A stretch of DNA of 32,000 nucleotides from Methylophaga frappieri (GTDB lineage: Bacteria; Pseudomonadota; Gammaproteobacteria; Nitrosococcales; Methylophagaceae). Where the stretch lies: positions 1 to 32,000 of the forward strand of contig NC_017858.1 of the NCBI RefSeq assembly GCF_000260965.1, in the 5' to 3' direction. Of this stretch, positions 6,278 through 16,260 are shown in pieces (the stretch's first letter is position 1; each line of letters starts with the position of its first letter). The notes under the pieces are model-generated. The model was not told where the DNA came from. It was given only the letters and a program-made list of their open reading frames with translations, and did not search any database. Position numbers and translations under genes: made by a program.

Positions 6278-7237
6278 ATGCAACAGAAAGACGCAACCGG
6301 CTCCATTAAGGACCGGGCCAAAAGAAAGTTAGAGCGGGATATTGGGCCTGAGCTTCTACAGGCTCTGAACGACTCTAAGACGGTTGAGCTTATGCTCAAC
6401 GCAGACGGTAAAGTTTGGATTGAGCGTCTAGGTGAGGCGATGCAGTGCATCGGGACGCTTAGACCGGCTCAAGCCCAAGCGATTATCGAGACGATTGCCG
6501 GTTATCACGGCAAGGAAGTCACCCGAAGCAAGCCCATCCTTGAGGGGGAGTTTCCCCTTGATGGTTCACGTTTCGCAGGCCAGCTACCTCCTGTAGTTCC
6601 GGCCCCTACCTTCGCCATTCGTAAGAAAGCCGTTGCGATCTTCACCCTGGATCAGTACGTGGAAAACGGCATTATGACCGCCGCCCAAAAACACGTCCTG
6701 GTTGAAGCCGTGGCAGCACACCGAAACATTCTCGTCATCGGCGGCACCGGCTCAGGCAAGACCACACTGGTTAACGCCATTATCAACGAAATGGTGATTA
6801 CCGATCCCACCGAGCGGGTTTTCATCATTGAGGACACAGGCGAAATCCAGTGCGCCGCTGAAAACCACGTCCAGTACCACACAAGCCTTGACGTCTCCAT
6901 GACGGCACTGCTGAAAACAACTTTGCGCATGAGGCCCGACCGCATCCTGGTCGGTGAAGTGCGCGGAGCGGAAGCCTTGGACCTTCTCGACGCCTGGAAC
7001 ACCGGGCATGAGGGCGGCGCTGCAACACTGCACGCCAACAACGCTAACGCTGGCCTGGCTCGCTTGCGGTCGCTGATTACTCGTAATCCAGCGGCTCCAG
7101 CCGAGATTGAACCGCTAATTGGCGAGGTGGTTCACATCGTTGTTCATATCGCCAGAACCCCGGAAGGCCGCCGCATCCAGGAAATCCTAGAGGTTTCCGG
7201 TTACAGCGATGGTCAGTACATCACCAAATCCCTTTAA
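6278..7237 (+). CDS. trbB: TrbB, VirB11-type T4SS ATPase
   Basis: 319 aa with Walker [10 protein letters not shown] and a VirB11/PulE-like core; first gene of the trb operon. Confidence 0.95.
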   Translation: MQQKDATGSIKDRAKRKLERDIGPELLQALNDSKTVELMLNADGKVWIERLGEAMQCIGTLRPAQAQAIIETIAGYHGKEVTRSKPILEGEFPLDGSRFAGQLPPVVPAPTFAIRKKAVAIFTLDQYVENGIMTAAQKHVLVEAVAAHRNILVIGGTGSGKTTLVNAIINEMVITDPTERVFIIEDTGEIQCAAENHVQYHTSLDVSMTALLKTTLRMRPDRILVGEVRGAEALDLLDAWNTGHEGGAATLHANNANAGLARLRSLITRNPAAPAEIEPLIGEVVHIVVHIARTPEGRRIQEILEVSGYSDGQYITKSL

Positions 7238-7263
7238 ACGCAGGAAAACTAGGAGTAACACCA

Positions 7264-7689
7264 ATGCAACTCACTCTTCCATCCATCCACCTCAACCGTT
7301 CGGCCATGTTCTACCTTGGCCTGTTCGCGGCTCTGTTCCTGGTCATGGCTGTTCAACCGGCTATGGCTTCGGAAGGGACGGGCGGCTCACTCCCTTACGA
7401 AAGCTGGTTGACCAACCTTCGTAACTCAGTGACCGGCCCCGTGGCGTTCGCCCTGTCCATCATCGGCATTGTCGTCGCAGGCGGCATCCTGATCTTTGGC
7501 GGTGAACTTAACGGCTTCTTCCGCACGCTGATTTTCATCGTGTTGGTAATGGCTCTGCTGGTCGGTGCGCAAAACATGATGTCCACCTTCTTCGGTCGTG
7601 GTGCGGAAATCGCTGCACTGACTGACGGTGCAGTTAACCAGGTTAGCGGCGCGGCCATGCGCCTCGTTAACGGTATCCAGGCGGTGTAA
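7264..7689 (+). CDS. trbC: TrbC, IncP pilin precursor (VirB2 family)
   Basis: The core [39 protein letters not shown]...[10 protein letters not shown] is almost identical to remembered RP4 TrbC. AGGAG lies upstream of the start. Confidence 0.95.
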   Translation: MQLTLPSIHLNRSAMFYLGLFAALFLVMAVQPAMASEGTGGSLPYESWLTNLRNSVTGPVAFALSIIGIVVAGGILIFGGELNGFFRTLIFIVLVMALLVGAQNMMSTFFGRGAEIAALTDGAVNQVSGAAMRLVNGIQAV

Positions 7690-7691
7690 TT

Positions 7692-8003
7692 ATGGCTCTG
7701 CGCACGATCCCCATTCGTAGAGCTGGCAACCGAGAAAACTTGTTCATGGGCGGGGATCGTGAGCTTGTGATGTTCTCGGGACTGCTGGCAGGGGCACTGA
7801 TTTTCAGTGCTCAAGAGGTCAGGGCAACGGTATTTGGTATTGGCCTGTGGTTCGGTGCGCTTTTTGTGTGCCGACTCATGGCTAAGTCAGACCCGAAGCT
7901 GCGCCATGTCTATCTGCGGCACCGCCGCTACAAGGCATATTATCCGGCTCGCAGCACGCCCTACAGAGAAAACACAACAAGCCAAGGGAAGCAATACAAA
8001 TGA
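7692..8003 (+). CDS. trbD: TrbD (VirB3 family)
   Basis: 103-aa membrane protein between trbC and trbE; its stop overlaps the trbE start. Confidence 0.9.
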   Translation: MALRTIPIRRAGNRENLFMGGDRELVMFSGLLAGALIFSAQEVRATVFGIGLWFGALFVCRLMAKSDPKLRHVYLRHRRYKAYYPARSTPYRENTTSQGKQYK

Positions 8004-10540
8004 TGATTCAAGCTATTTCATTTGCCATTGCTGTCTGCGGTGCGGCGCTGTTGCTTATCCTTTTTGCCCGTATCCGTGCGGTCGATGCTGAATTGAAGTT
8101 GAAAAAGCATCGCTCCAAGGACGCGGGGCTGGCTGACTTGCTTAATTATGCCGCTGTTGTTGATGACGGTGTGATTGTCTGCAAGAACGGCGCTTTTATG
8201 GCGTCGTGGCTGTACAAAGGGGACGACAACGCCAGCAGTACCGACGAACAGCGGGAAATGGTGTCGTTTCGTATAAACCAGGCGCTTGCGGGCCTGGGTA
8301 ATGGCTGGATGGTTCACGTTGATGCGGTGCGCCGTCCAGCTCCCAACTATTCAGAACGCAATGTTTCGGCTTTTCCCGATCCGGTTTCTGCCGCGATTGA
8401 CGAGGAACGCCGTCAGCTCTTCGAGGGCTTGGGCGCGATGTATGAGGGGTACTTTGTTCTAACCCTGACATGGTTCCCGCCTCTGCTGGCTCAGCGCAAA
8501 TTCGTTGAACTCATGTTTGACGATGACGCCGAAGTGGTTGGCAAAAAAGCCCGCACCAAAGGCTTGATCAACCAATTCAAGCGCGAGATTAGCGGCATTG
8601 AAAACCGTCTGACTACTGCCGTTAAGCTAACCCGCCTTCGCGGTCAGAAGATCGTGAACGAGGACGGCAGCAGGGTTACGCATGACGATTTTCTTAGCTG
8701 GCTGCAATTCTGCGTTACTGGTGTAAGCCATCCGGTTCAACTGCCCAACAACCCGATGTACATGGACGCTTATATTGGCGGTCAAGAAATGTGGGGCGGG
8801 GTAGTGCCGAAGGTTGGCCGCAAGTTTATTCAGGTCGTTTCTATCGAGGGTTTCCCCTTGGAGTCTCACCCTGGAATCTTGAGTGCCTTGGCAGAATTGC
8901 CGGTTGAGTATCGTTGGTCATCGCGCTTCATCTTCATGGATCAACACGAATCCGTTAAGCACCTGGACAAGTTCCGCAAGAAGTGGAAACAGAAAGTCCG
9001 GGGGTTCTTTGACCAGGTATTTAATACCAATAGCGGCAATGTGGATCAGGACGCCCTGACAATGGTTCAGGATGCAGAATCCGCAATTGCCGAAGTAAAC
9101 AGCGGCTTGGTCGCCGTTGGGTATTACACCAGTGTCGTCGTCCTTATGGATGAAAGCCGGGACCGCCTGGAACAGTCTGCACGTCAGGTAGAGAAGTCAA
9201 TAAACCGCCTGGGCTTCGCTGCACGAACTGAAACCATCAATACCCTGGACGCTTACCTGGGCAGCCTGCCGGGCCACGGTGTAGAAAACGTGCGCCGCCC
9301 GCTGATTAACACGATGAACCTGGCCGATCTGCTGCCGACAAGCACCATCTGGACCGGAACCGCCGAGGCTCCTTGTCCGATGTATCCGCCCCTGTCTCCG
9401 GCGCTCATGCACTGTGTCACCAGTGGGTCAACGCCGTTCCGTTTGAACCTGCACGTTCGTGACCTGGGGCATACCTTCATGTTCGGCCCAACGGGTGCCG
9501 GTAAATCGACACACTTGGCCCTGATTGCGGCTCAGCTCCGCCGTTACGCTGGCATGTCGATCTTTGCCTTCGACAAAGGCATGTCGATGTATCCGCTAAC
9601 CAAGGCAGTCGGCGGCCTCCATTTCTCTGTCGGCGCTGACGATGACCGCCTGTCCTTCTGCCCTTTGCAGTACCTGGAAACCAAGAGTGATCGCGCTTGG
9701 GCAATGGAATGGATAGACACCATCCTGGCGTTGAACGGGGTTAACAGCACGCCCGCCCAGCGAAATGAAATCGCACATGCGATTGTGAGTATGCACGAAA
9801 GCGGGGCGCGTACCCTGTCTGAGTTCTCTCTGACGATCCAGGATGAAAGCATCCGTGAGGCTATCCGCCAATACACGGTTGACGGCTCTATGGGGCACCT
9901 CCTGGACGCTGACGAGGACGGTTTGTCTCTGACCGACTTCACCACGTTTGAAATCGAAGAGTTGATGAACCTGGGCGAGAAATTTGCCCTGCCGGTCCTG
10001 CTGTACCTGTTCCGCCGCATTGAGCGAAGCCTTAAAGGCCAGCCTGCCGTCATCATCCTGGATGAAGCCTGGTTGATGCTCGGGCATCCCGCATTCCGCG
10101 AAAAAATCCGGGAATGGCTCAAGGTGCTGCGTAAGGCGAACTGTCTGGTTCTCATGGCAACACAAAGTCTGTCCGATGCAGCTAACTCCGGCATCCTGGA
10201 CGTTATTGTGGAGTCCACTGCGACCAAGATTTTCCTGCCGAACGTTTACGCCCGCGACGAGGACACATCTGCCCTGTACCGCAGAATGGGCCTTAATGCC
10301 CGTCAAATTGAAATCCTGGCAACGGCTGTTCCAAAACGACAGTACTACTACGTCTCTGAAAACGGTCGCCGCCTCTATGACCTCGCCCTGGGGCCTTTGG
10401 CTCTGTCGTTTGTCGGTGCATCCGACAAGGAATCCGTGGCAGCTATCAAGCAACTGGAAGCCAAGTTTGGCGAACAGTGGGTGCATGAATGGCTCGCAGG
10501 TCGTGGCCTGAAACTTGATAACTACCTGGAGGCAGCCTAA
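8000..10540 (+). CDS. trbE: TrbE, VirB4-type T4SS ATPase
   Basis: 846 aa with Walker A GPTGAGKST and Walker B VIILDEAW; size and position are typical for IncP. Confidence 0.97.
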   Translation: MMIQAISFAIAVCGAALLLILFARIRAVDAELKLKKHRSKDAGLADLLNYAAVVDDGVIVCKNGAFMASWLYKGDDNASSTDEQREMVSFRINQALAGLGNGWMVHVDAVRRPAPNYSERNVSAFPDPVSAAIDEERRQLFEGLGAMYEGYFVLTLTWFPPLLAQRKFVELMFDDDAEVVGKKARTKGLINQFKREISGIENRLTTAVKLTRLRGQKIVNEDGSRVTHDDFLSWLQFCVTGVSHPVQLPNNPMYMDAYIGGQEMWGGVVPKVGRKFIQVVSIEGFPLESHPGILSALAELPVEYRWSSRFIFMDQHESVKHLDKFRKKWKQKVRGFFDQVFNTNSGNVDQDALTMVQDAESAIAEVNSGLVAVGYYTSVVVLMDESRDRLEQSARQVEKSINRLGFAARTETINTLDAYLGSLPGHGVENVRRPLINTMNLADLLPTSTIWTGTAEAPCPMYPPLSPALMHCVTSGSTPFRLNLHVRDLGHTFMFGPTGAGKSTHLALIAAQLRRYAGMSIFAFDKGMSMYPLTKAVGGLHFSVGADDDRLSFCPLQYLETKSDRAWAMEWIDTILALNGVNSTPAQRNEIAHAIVSMHESGARTLSEFSLTIQDESIREAIRQYTVDGSMGHLLDADEDGLSLTDFTTFEIEELMNLGEKFALPVLLYLFRRIERSLKGQPAVIILDEAWLMLGHPAFREKIREWLKVLRKANCLVLMATQSLSDAANSGILDVIVESTATKIFLPNVYARDEDTSALYRRMGLNARQIEILATAVPKRQYYYVSENGRRLYDLALGPLALSFVGASDKESVAAIKQLEAKFGEQWVHEWLAGRGLKLDNYLEAA

Positions 10541-11322
10541 TGAGCTTTTCCGAGAAACTTAAAGGGCTGATGTTCAAGAAGCCCGCTCCTGGTTATGACC
10601 AGGAAGAAACTGCCGAGATCGAGGCGCAGGACAAGAAATCGAAACGCCAAGGGGACGATGAAAACCCCTATCTGACTGCTCGCCGCACCTGGAATGAGCA
10701 CGTTGGTTCGGTGGTGTCATCACGCCAGACCTGGCAAGTAGTGGGCATCCTGTCATTGATGATTGCGCTTGCCGGTGTCGGTGGCGTTATCCATATCGGC
10801 AGCCAGTCCAAATTCATCCCTTACGTGGTGGAAGTGGACAAGCTGGGTGCAGCTCAAGCGGCGGGGCCGGTTACTGGTTCTGATTCTGCCGACCCGCGTG
10901 TTTTGGGTGCCACTGTGTCGGAGTTCATCGAGAATGCCCGCATGGTGTCGCCTGACGTTGCTCTGCAACGCAAGGCGGTATTTAGCGTTTACGCGCACCT
11001 GGCCCCTAACGATCCCGCGACCACAAAGATGAACGAATGGCTGAACGGCAACGCCGATGCCAGCCCGTTCAAACGTGCCACCAAAGAAATGGTGAGCATC
11101 GACATTACGTCTGTTCTGCCGCAAACGCCGACCACATGGCAAGTGGACTGGACAGAAACCACGCGGGACCGCCAAGGGGTATTGAAGGGCCAACCGGCTC
11201 AAATGCGCGCCCTCATTACCGTTTATACCGCAGACACTTCAACGCAGACCACGGAAGAGCAAATGCGTAATAACCCGCTGGGTATTTACGTGCGTGATTA
11301 CTCCTGGTCACGGCTGCAATGA
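10540..11322 (+). CDS. trbF: TrbF (VirB8 family)
   Basis: 260 aa with a single TM segment; TAATG overlap with trbE; correct operon position. Confidence 0.9.
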   Translation: MSFSEKLKGLMFKKPAPGYDQEETAEIEAQDKKSKRQGDDENPYLTARRTWNEHVGSVVSSRQTWQVVGILSLMIALAGVGGVIHIGSQSKFIPYVVEVDKLGAAQAAGPVTGSDSADPRVLGATVSEFIENARMVSPDVALQRKAVFSVYAHLAPNDPATTKMNEWLNGNADASPFKRATKEMVSIDITSVLPQTPTTWQVDWTETTRDRQGVLKGQPAQMRALITVYTADTSTQTTEEQMRNNPLGIYVRDYSWSRLQ

Positions 11323-11339
11323 TTACGAGGCAATTAACC

Positions 11340-12245
11340 ATGAAGAAACAATTTTCCGCTGTGATCCTGGGTGCTGCGCTGTTGGTGCCCTCTCTGGCTA
11401 CGGTCGCGCACGCGAACGGGCTTGAGGACCAGTTCTTTACCAATGACAACCCGACGCTGACCGATCAAGAGCGCCAAGCCCTGGCGATTGCACAGCGCTG
11501 GCAGGCCGGGGGCGGCAACGGCGGCATTCGTCCTTTCACTGGCCGCAATGGAGCTATCCAGTTTGTATTTGGTGCGCAGTCTCCAAGCGTGGTGTGTGCA
11601 GTCCTCCAGGTTTGTGACATTGCGTTGCAGCCGGGCGAATACGTTAATTCAATCCAGTTGGGTGATACCGCCCGCTGGAACGTAGAACCAGCCATTTCCG
11701 GCACCGGGGCAGGGGAAACCCAACACCTGCTTATCAAGCCGATGGACGTGGGCCTGGAGACAAGCCTGGTCGTCGCTACCGACCGGCGCGTTTATCACAT
11801 TCGCTTGCGTTCTCACCGCACCGAGTACATGCCGCAGGTAGCGTTCACCTACCCGGAAGATGCCCTTGCCAGGTGGGACACGATCCGCAGCCGTGAACGC
11901 CAGCACCGCGAGGACAACACCATCCCGGAAACCCGCGAGTACCTGGGCGACCTGTCGTTTGATTACGAGGTGTCTGGCTCTGCGTCGTGGAAGCCGGTGC
12001 GCGTTTTCAATGACGGTCACAAGACCATCATTCAGATGCCGCGAGCCATGCAGCAAACGGAAGCCCCGACGCTGCTGGTAGTTCGCAAAGATGGCGGCCT
12101 GTTCTCCGACCCTGAAACCGTCATGGTCAACTACCGCGTCCAAGGGGATCGCTACATCGTCGATACGATGTTCAACAAAGCAATCCTTATCTCTGGCGTT
12201 GGCAGCAACCAGGACAAAATCACAATCACTAAAGGGGACGATTAA
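11340..12245 (+). CDS. trbG: TrbG (VirB9 family)
   Basis: Signal peptide MKKQFSAVILGAALLVPSLATVAHA with GAGG upstream. The longer ORF from 11319 is the alternative start. Confidence 0.9.
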   Translation: MKKQFSAVILGAALLVPSLATVAHANGLEDQFFTNDNPTLTDQERQALAIAQRWQAGGGNGGIRPFTGRNGAIQFVFGAQSPSVVCAVLQVCDIALQPGEYVNSIQLGDTARWNVEPAISGTGAGETQHLLIKPMDVGLETSLVVATDRRVYHIRLRSHRTEYMPQVAFTYPEDALARWDTIRSRERQHREDNTIPETREYLGDLSFDYEVSGSASWKPVRVFNDGHKTIIQMPRAMQQTEAPTLLVVRKDGGLFSDPETVMVNYRVQGDRYIVDTMFNKAILISGVGSNQDKITITKGDD

Positions 12246-12247
12246 TC

Positions 12248-12721
12248 ATGCGCAAACTTATCGTCGCAGTTCTGCTTTCGCTGGGCTTGGCCGGGTGTGC
12301 AACGCACGCCCCATACGGCAACTTTGTCGAGAATCCGACAGGGCTAAATCAGCATGAAGTCGCAAGCGATTCAGTCGAAAAAATCACCGAGCTGTACCCG
12401 CCTGCAAAAACTCGCTTCGAGCTGAAACAGCCTACCCCGGACGCCTTCGGCATGGCTTTGGTTCGCGGCCTCCGTGATCGCGGTTACGCCCTCCTGGAGT
12501 TCGACCCGGAAGCAGCCAAGGCGCAGCAACAAGCCTCAACGGCCACGGCGAACCCGACTCCGACCGGATCAGGCTTGCCGCTTCGTTATGTGTTCGACCA
12601 GTTCACCGGTACCAACATGTATCGAGTGACCATCATGGTCGGCAATGAGTCGCTGACCCGCCCCTATTCGCAAGAAAACGGCGGCATCGTTCCAGCGGGC
12701 TATTGGGTTCGCAAGGAGTAA
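12248..12721 (+). CDS. trbH: TrbH lipoprotein (VirB7-like role)
   Basis: Lipobox LGLAGC after a signal peptide; lies between trbG and trbI. Confidence 0.85.
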   Translation: MRKLIVAVLLSLGLAGCATHAPYGNFVENPTGLNQHEVASDSVEKITELYPPAKTRFELKQPTPDAFGMALVRGLRDRGYALLEFDPEAAKAQQQASTATANPTPTGSGLPLRYVFDQFTGTNMYRVTIMVGNESLTRPYSQENGGIVPAGYWVRKE

Positions 12722-12724
12722 GAA

Positions 12725-14152
12725 ATGAGCGAAAACAACGATCAAATGTCCCCGGACGCCTCACCTGGTGAGGTGTCCAAAAAATCCGGGGTGCGTCGCG
12801 TCAACAATCGCCCGATGTACATTTTGTTTGGTGTCCTCGGCTTGTTTCTCCTGGTCATGATGATGGTTGCTGCCGACCGTGCAGCCCAGCAAAACGCACC
12901 AGGTGAGGGGCCGAAGGAGCAGGCAGGCAATACCTCCATGTTTGCCAATGAAATCGCTGGCACGCAGATAGACGGGTTTGTCCCGGCTGCCGAGCCTCCA
13001 AGCGTTCCGTCCCTGGACGAACCTGTTGCGCCTGAGCAAGAGGAACCGCAGGAAGAGAACCAGGCCGCAGCCCCTGTAACTGTGGCTCGCCCGGTAAATC
13101 CTGACCTGCCCCCGGCTCCGCCTCAGAACACCGGCTCACGATCCCAACTGGACGATGAAGCCCAACGCATTCGCATGGCGAAACTGCAAATGCTGGAAGA
13201 GGCCATTAAAGCCAGAACCGGCGTTCAAGCAGTTGCTCCGCGTAGCAGTAGCGACGGCGGTTCATCGCAGCCGGTCGGCAATCGCCCGGAATCGCGCCAG
13301 GACATGATTAACGAAATCGCCCGTGTCCGTCAGCAGATTGCGTCTAATCGTTCCGACGATCCAACCGCCGCTTATCAGCAGCGCTTGGCTCAGATTGAAG
13401 GGATGCGCAACGGCGGTTCAGTCGGTGGCAGTGGTGGCAGCAATAGCGCCCCGATGTTGCTGCAAACCTCCGCGAACGGCGACGGCAATGGTTATTCGCA
13501 GTTTGATAATAACGGCGGTGATCGTTGGCAGCTTGGCGAGCAAGTGCAGGCCCCGCGCAGCCCTTACGAGCTTCGCGCAGGCTTCGTCATTCCGGCCACG
13601 CTGATTTCGGGTATCAACTCTGACCTGCCAGGTCAGATTGTGGCTCAGGTATCACAGGACGTATCAGACACGGCAACGGGTAGTCACCTGTTGATTCCAC
13701 AGGGTTCGCGCCTTGTCGGCTCTTACTCGAATGATGTGGCCTACGGCCAAGAACGGGTATTGATTGCCTGGCAGCGCATCATCTTCCCGGATGGCAAGGC
13801 GCTGGATATTGGTTCAATGCCAGGCGCGGACGCTGCCGGTTACTCCGGTTTCCATGACCAGGTTAACAACCATTATCTGCGCATTTTCGGCTCTGCGTTC
13901 CTTATGTCTGGTGTCACGGCGGGCGTAACGCTTAGCCAGGACAACGACAACAACGACGACAGCAATAACCAACGTGCCAGCGATGCACTTAGCGAGGCGC
14001 TAGGTCAGCAGCTCGGTCAAGTCATGGTCGAGATGATCCGCAAGAACATGAACATTGCGCCGACACTGGAAATTCGCCCCGGTTATCGCTTCAACGTGAT
14101 TGTCACCAAAGACATGACTTTCTCGAAGCCTTACAGCTCATTTGATTATTAA
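12725..14152 (+). CDS. trbI: TrbI (VirB10 family)
   Basis: 475 aa with an N-terminal TM segment, a Pro-rich linker and a conserved C-terminal VirB10-type domain. Confidence 0.93.
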   Translation: MSENNDQMSPDASPGEVSKKSGVRRVNNRPMYILFGVLGLFLLVMMMVAADRAAQQNAPGEGPKEQAGNTSMFANEIAGTQIDGFVPAAEPPSVPSLDEPVAPEQEEPQEENQAAAPVTVARPVNPDLPPAPPQNTGSRSQLDDEAQRIRMAKLQMLEEAIKARTGVQAVAPRSSSDGGSSQPVGNRPESRQDMINEIARVRQQIASNRSDDPTAAYQQRLAQIEGMRNGGSVGGSGGSNSAPMLLQTSANGDGNGYSQFDNNGGDRWQLGEQVQAPRSPYELRAGFVIPATLISGINSDLPGQIVAQVSQDVSDTATGSHLLIPQGSRLVGSYSNDVAYGQERVLIAWQRIIFPDGKALDIGSMPGADAAGYSGFHDQVNNHYLRIFGSAFLMSGVTAGVTLSQDNDNNDDSNNQRASDALSEALGQQLGQVMVEMIRKNMNIAPTLEIRPGYRFNVIVTKDMTFSKPYSSFDY

Positions 14153-14179
14153 CGCCAAGTACAAAAAGGAGAAAACGCC

Positions 14180-14941
14180 ATGAAGAAGAGATTTTTAGCC
14201 GCTAAAGTTGCTCTGGTCGTCGCCATGACGGCCAGCACTTTGCCGCCTGCTCAAGCCGGTATCCCTGTTATCGACGGCACCAACCTGACGCAAAACATCA
14301 TGTCAGCCCTGGAGTCCGTTGCGCAGACTGCCAAGCAAATCCAGGAATACCAAACACAACTCCAGCAGTATGAAAACCAACTGCAAAACACGATGGCCCC
14401 GGCAGCCCATATTTGGGATCAAGCGCAGCGCACCATCAACGATCTGAACCAGGCGACCAACACGCTCGCCTATTACCAAAACCAGCTTGGCAGCCTCGAT
14501 GCTTACCTGGGCAAGTTCCAGGACGTGGCCTATTACCGTGGCTCACCATGCTTCTCACCTGCGGGATGCAGCGATGCCGAATGGGCCGCAATGGATGAAA
14601 ACCGCCGCCTAGCGTCCGAGTCTCAGAAAAGGGCCAACGACGCGGTTTTTAGGGGCTTGGAGCAGCAGCAAGACAACCTGGAAGCCGACGCCCGACAGCT
14701 TGTCCGCCTGCAATCTGCCGCCCAGGGCGCAGACGGCCAACTGGCCGCCATTGGCTATGCCAACCAGCTCGCCAGCAACCAGGCCAACCAGCTCTTGCAA
14801 ATCCGCAGCCTGCTGATTGCCCAGCAAAACGCCGTAGCTACCCGGATGCAAGCTGACGCTGATAAAGAGGCGCAGCAACAGGCTGCCGCCGAACAAGTCC
14901 GAAAGGGCGACTTTGTACCTAGTCCAGATCGCTCTTGGTAA
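14180..14941 (+). CDS. trbJ: TrbJ (VirB5-like)
   Basis: Signal peptide followed by GIPVIDGTNLTQNIMSALESVAQ and a Gln-rich coiled coil, typical of TrbJ. Confidence 0.9.
   Translation: MKKRFLAAKVALVVAMTASTLPPAQAGIPVIDGTNLTQNIMSALESVAQTAKQIQEYQTQLQQYENQLQNTMAPAAHIWDQAQRTINDLNQATNTLAYYQNQLGSLDAYLGKFQDVAYYRGSPCFSPAGCSDAEWAAMDENRRLASESQKRANDAVFRGLEQQQDNLEADARQLVRLQSAAQGADGQLAAIGYANQLASNQANQLLQIRSLLIAQQNAVATRMQADADKEAQQQAAAEQVRKGDFVPSPDRSW
14194..14206. promoter_or_regulatory. Intragenic KorB operator (OB) within codons 5-9 of trbJ
   Basis: Exact TTTAGCCGCTAAA. Confidence 0.8.
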
Positions 14942-14950
14942 GGGGGACCA

Positions 14951-15178
14951 ATGAAATCAATCAACACTATTCAATTACTCGGGGCCGCCACGATGGCGGT
15001 CCTTCTAACCGGATGTTTTGACGAAAAGATGCCGGAAGTAAACGACATCAATTGTCAGCACGAAAACGTCTTGAAGATCGAGGACAAGGCCATGCAGCAA
15101 GAATTTGCTTCTAAGTGCCTGCGTCGTGGCAACCCTCGGGCTGGTGAGTTCAAAGCCAGCCCTGAGAAAGAATGGTGA
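14951..15178 (+). CDS. trbK: TrbK entry-exclusion lipoprotein
   Basis: 75 aa with lipobox LLTGC; lies between trbJ and trbL as in RP4. Confidence 0.75.
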   Translation: MKSINTIQLLGAATMAVLLTGCFDEKMPEVNDINCQHENVLKIEDKAMQQEFASKCLRRGNPRAGEFKASPEKEW

Positions 15179-15189
15179 GGTGCTGAATT

Positions 15190-15369
15190 ATGAAACTGCC
15201 AGCCAACCTTAAATCCGCCATGCCGTTAATCGTCTGGCTGGCGTTTTTTGTTGCGGCTCCCGCTCATGCCGCAATCGACAACTCCGGCGTACTGGATGAC
15301 GTCCTGGCTCGCTATTCGGCAGCAGCGGCCTCCTGGGCCGGTGTTATCACCGACGCTGCAACCTGGTTA
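15190..15369 (+). pseudogene. trbL: trbL 5' fragment (first about 60 codons)
   Basis: Signal peptide plus GVLDDVLARYSAAAASWAGVITDAATWL, which aligns with the remembered RP4 TrbL N-terminus (GILDSVLDRFATAASGWAGTIRGAATRLFW). Homology stops at about 15366. Confidence 0.85.
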
Positions 15370-15945
15370 CCTGAATGGTTATCCAATGCCTTGATGTGGA
15401 TCCTCTGGCCATTATTTGCAGTGCTGATTGTGTTAATAGTGTTTTTCACCTTCTCCATTCTCGCCAATATCGTGGCGGCACCATTTAATGGACTATTGGC
15501 GGAAGCTGTGGAAAAACGTTTATCCAATCAGGCTCCACCAGAACAAACTCTCTGGCAATTAATTGCTGATACGCCAAGAATGATTTTTAATGAATTACGC
15601 AAATTGGCCTATTTGCTGAAATGGATGATTCCACTGTTTATCCTTTCTTGGATACCTGGACTGAATCTCATCGCCCCCCTGCTATGGTTGTTTTTTACCA
15701 GTTGGACTCTGGCACTTGATTATCATGACTATCCGATGGGAAATCATTTAATGGGATTTAAGCAGCAACGAGAACTACTCAGAACCAAACGATCGTTGGC
15801 GTTAGGCTTTGGGATGACAACTTTGGGGGCAACAATGATCCCGGTAATAAATTTTCTGATTATTCCAGTCGCCGTGGCTGGTGCAACGGCCTTGTATGTT
15901 GCTCGTTTGCAAAATATGACCAAAATACCAACAAAGGTAGTTTAG
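15190..15945 (+). CDS. cysZ: Chimeric ORF: TrbL(1-60) fused in frame to CysZ lacking about 50 N-terminal residues
   Basis: From PEWLSNALMWILWPL...AAPFNGLLAEAVEKRL...LALDYHDYP...IPVAVAGATALYV the product aligns with E. coli CysZ from VPDWLQWLSYLLWPL...AAPFNGLLAEQLEARL. The base composition shifts at the junction. Confidence 0.85.
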   Translation: MKLPANLKSAMPLIVWLAFFVAAPAHAAIDNSGVLDDVLARYSAAAASWAGVITDAATWLPEWLSNALMWILWPLFAVLIVLIVFFTFSILANIVAAPFNGLLAEAVEKRLSNQAPPEQTLWQLIADTPRMIFNELRKLAYLLKWMIPLFILSWIPGLNLIAPLLWLFFTSWTLALDYHDYPMGNHLMGFKQQRELLRTKRSLALGFGMTTLGATMIPVINFLIIPVAVAGATALYVARLQNMTKIPTKVV

Positions 15946-16260
15946 CGACTATATTTATCAGAATTAAATGTTGGGGGTACGGCTAGGCAACAGTTATTAG
16001 TCGTTTTATAGCACCCTATCTTCTTGAGCATCAGTTGATGCTAATACAAATGATGCAAGATTAAACTATAAGTGATCAATCTGTTCACCGTACTTACACG
16101 AAATAAACTTTCCCTTTAAAACCTTTTAAGTTGCAAAATTCGCACACTGTATGATTATTACCACAATTAACGATTGCGCTTCTAAATAAGAAGCATTATT
16201 ATTACTAAATTCAACAGCAGCAACTAAAATTTCAAGTTAGTGAATTTACAAGGATTAGAG

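Noticed and set aside
9544-10486. Long antisense ORFs (227 and 296 aa) inside trbE. Similar ones lie opposite trfA, trbG, trbN/trbM (20333-21311), trbP, traC and the transposase gene (25069-25725).
   Set aside because: They lie entirely opposite strongly supported genes, have no SD or recognisable motifs, and are Arg/Ala/Pro-rich as expected for the reverse frames of GC-rich coding DNA.
15946-16240. AT-rich 300-bp intergenic region checked for a tRNA, small RNA or IS end.
   Set aside because: There is no cloverleaf-compatible sequence, no terminal repeat partner and only a weak hairpin (AGCATC-AGTT-GATGCT at 16027-16042). It is most simply the native promoter region of the receptor gene.
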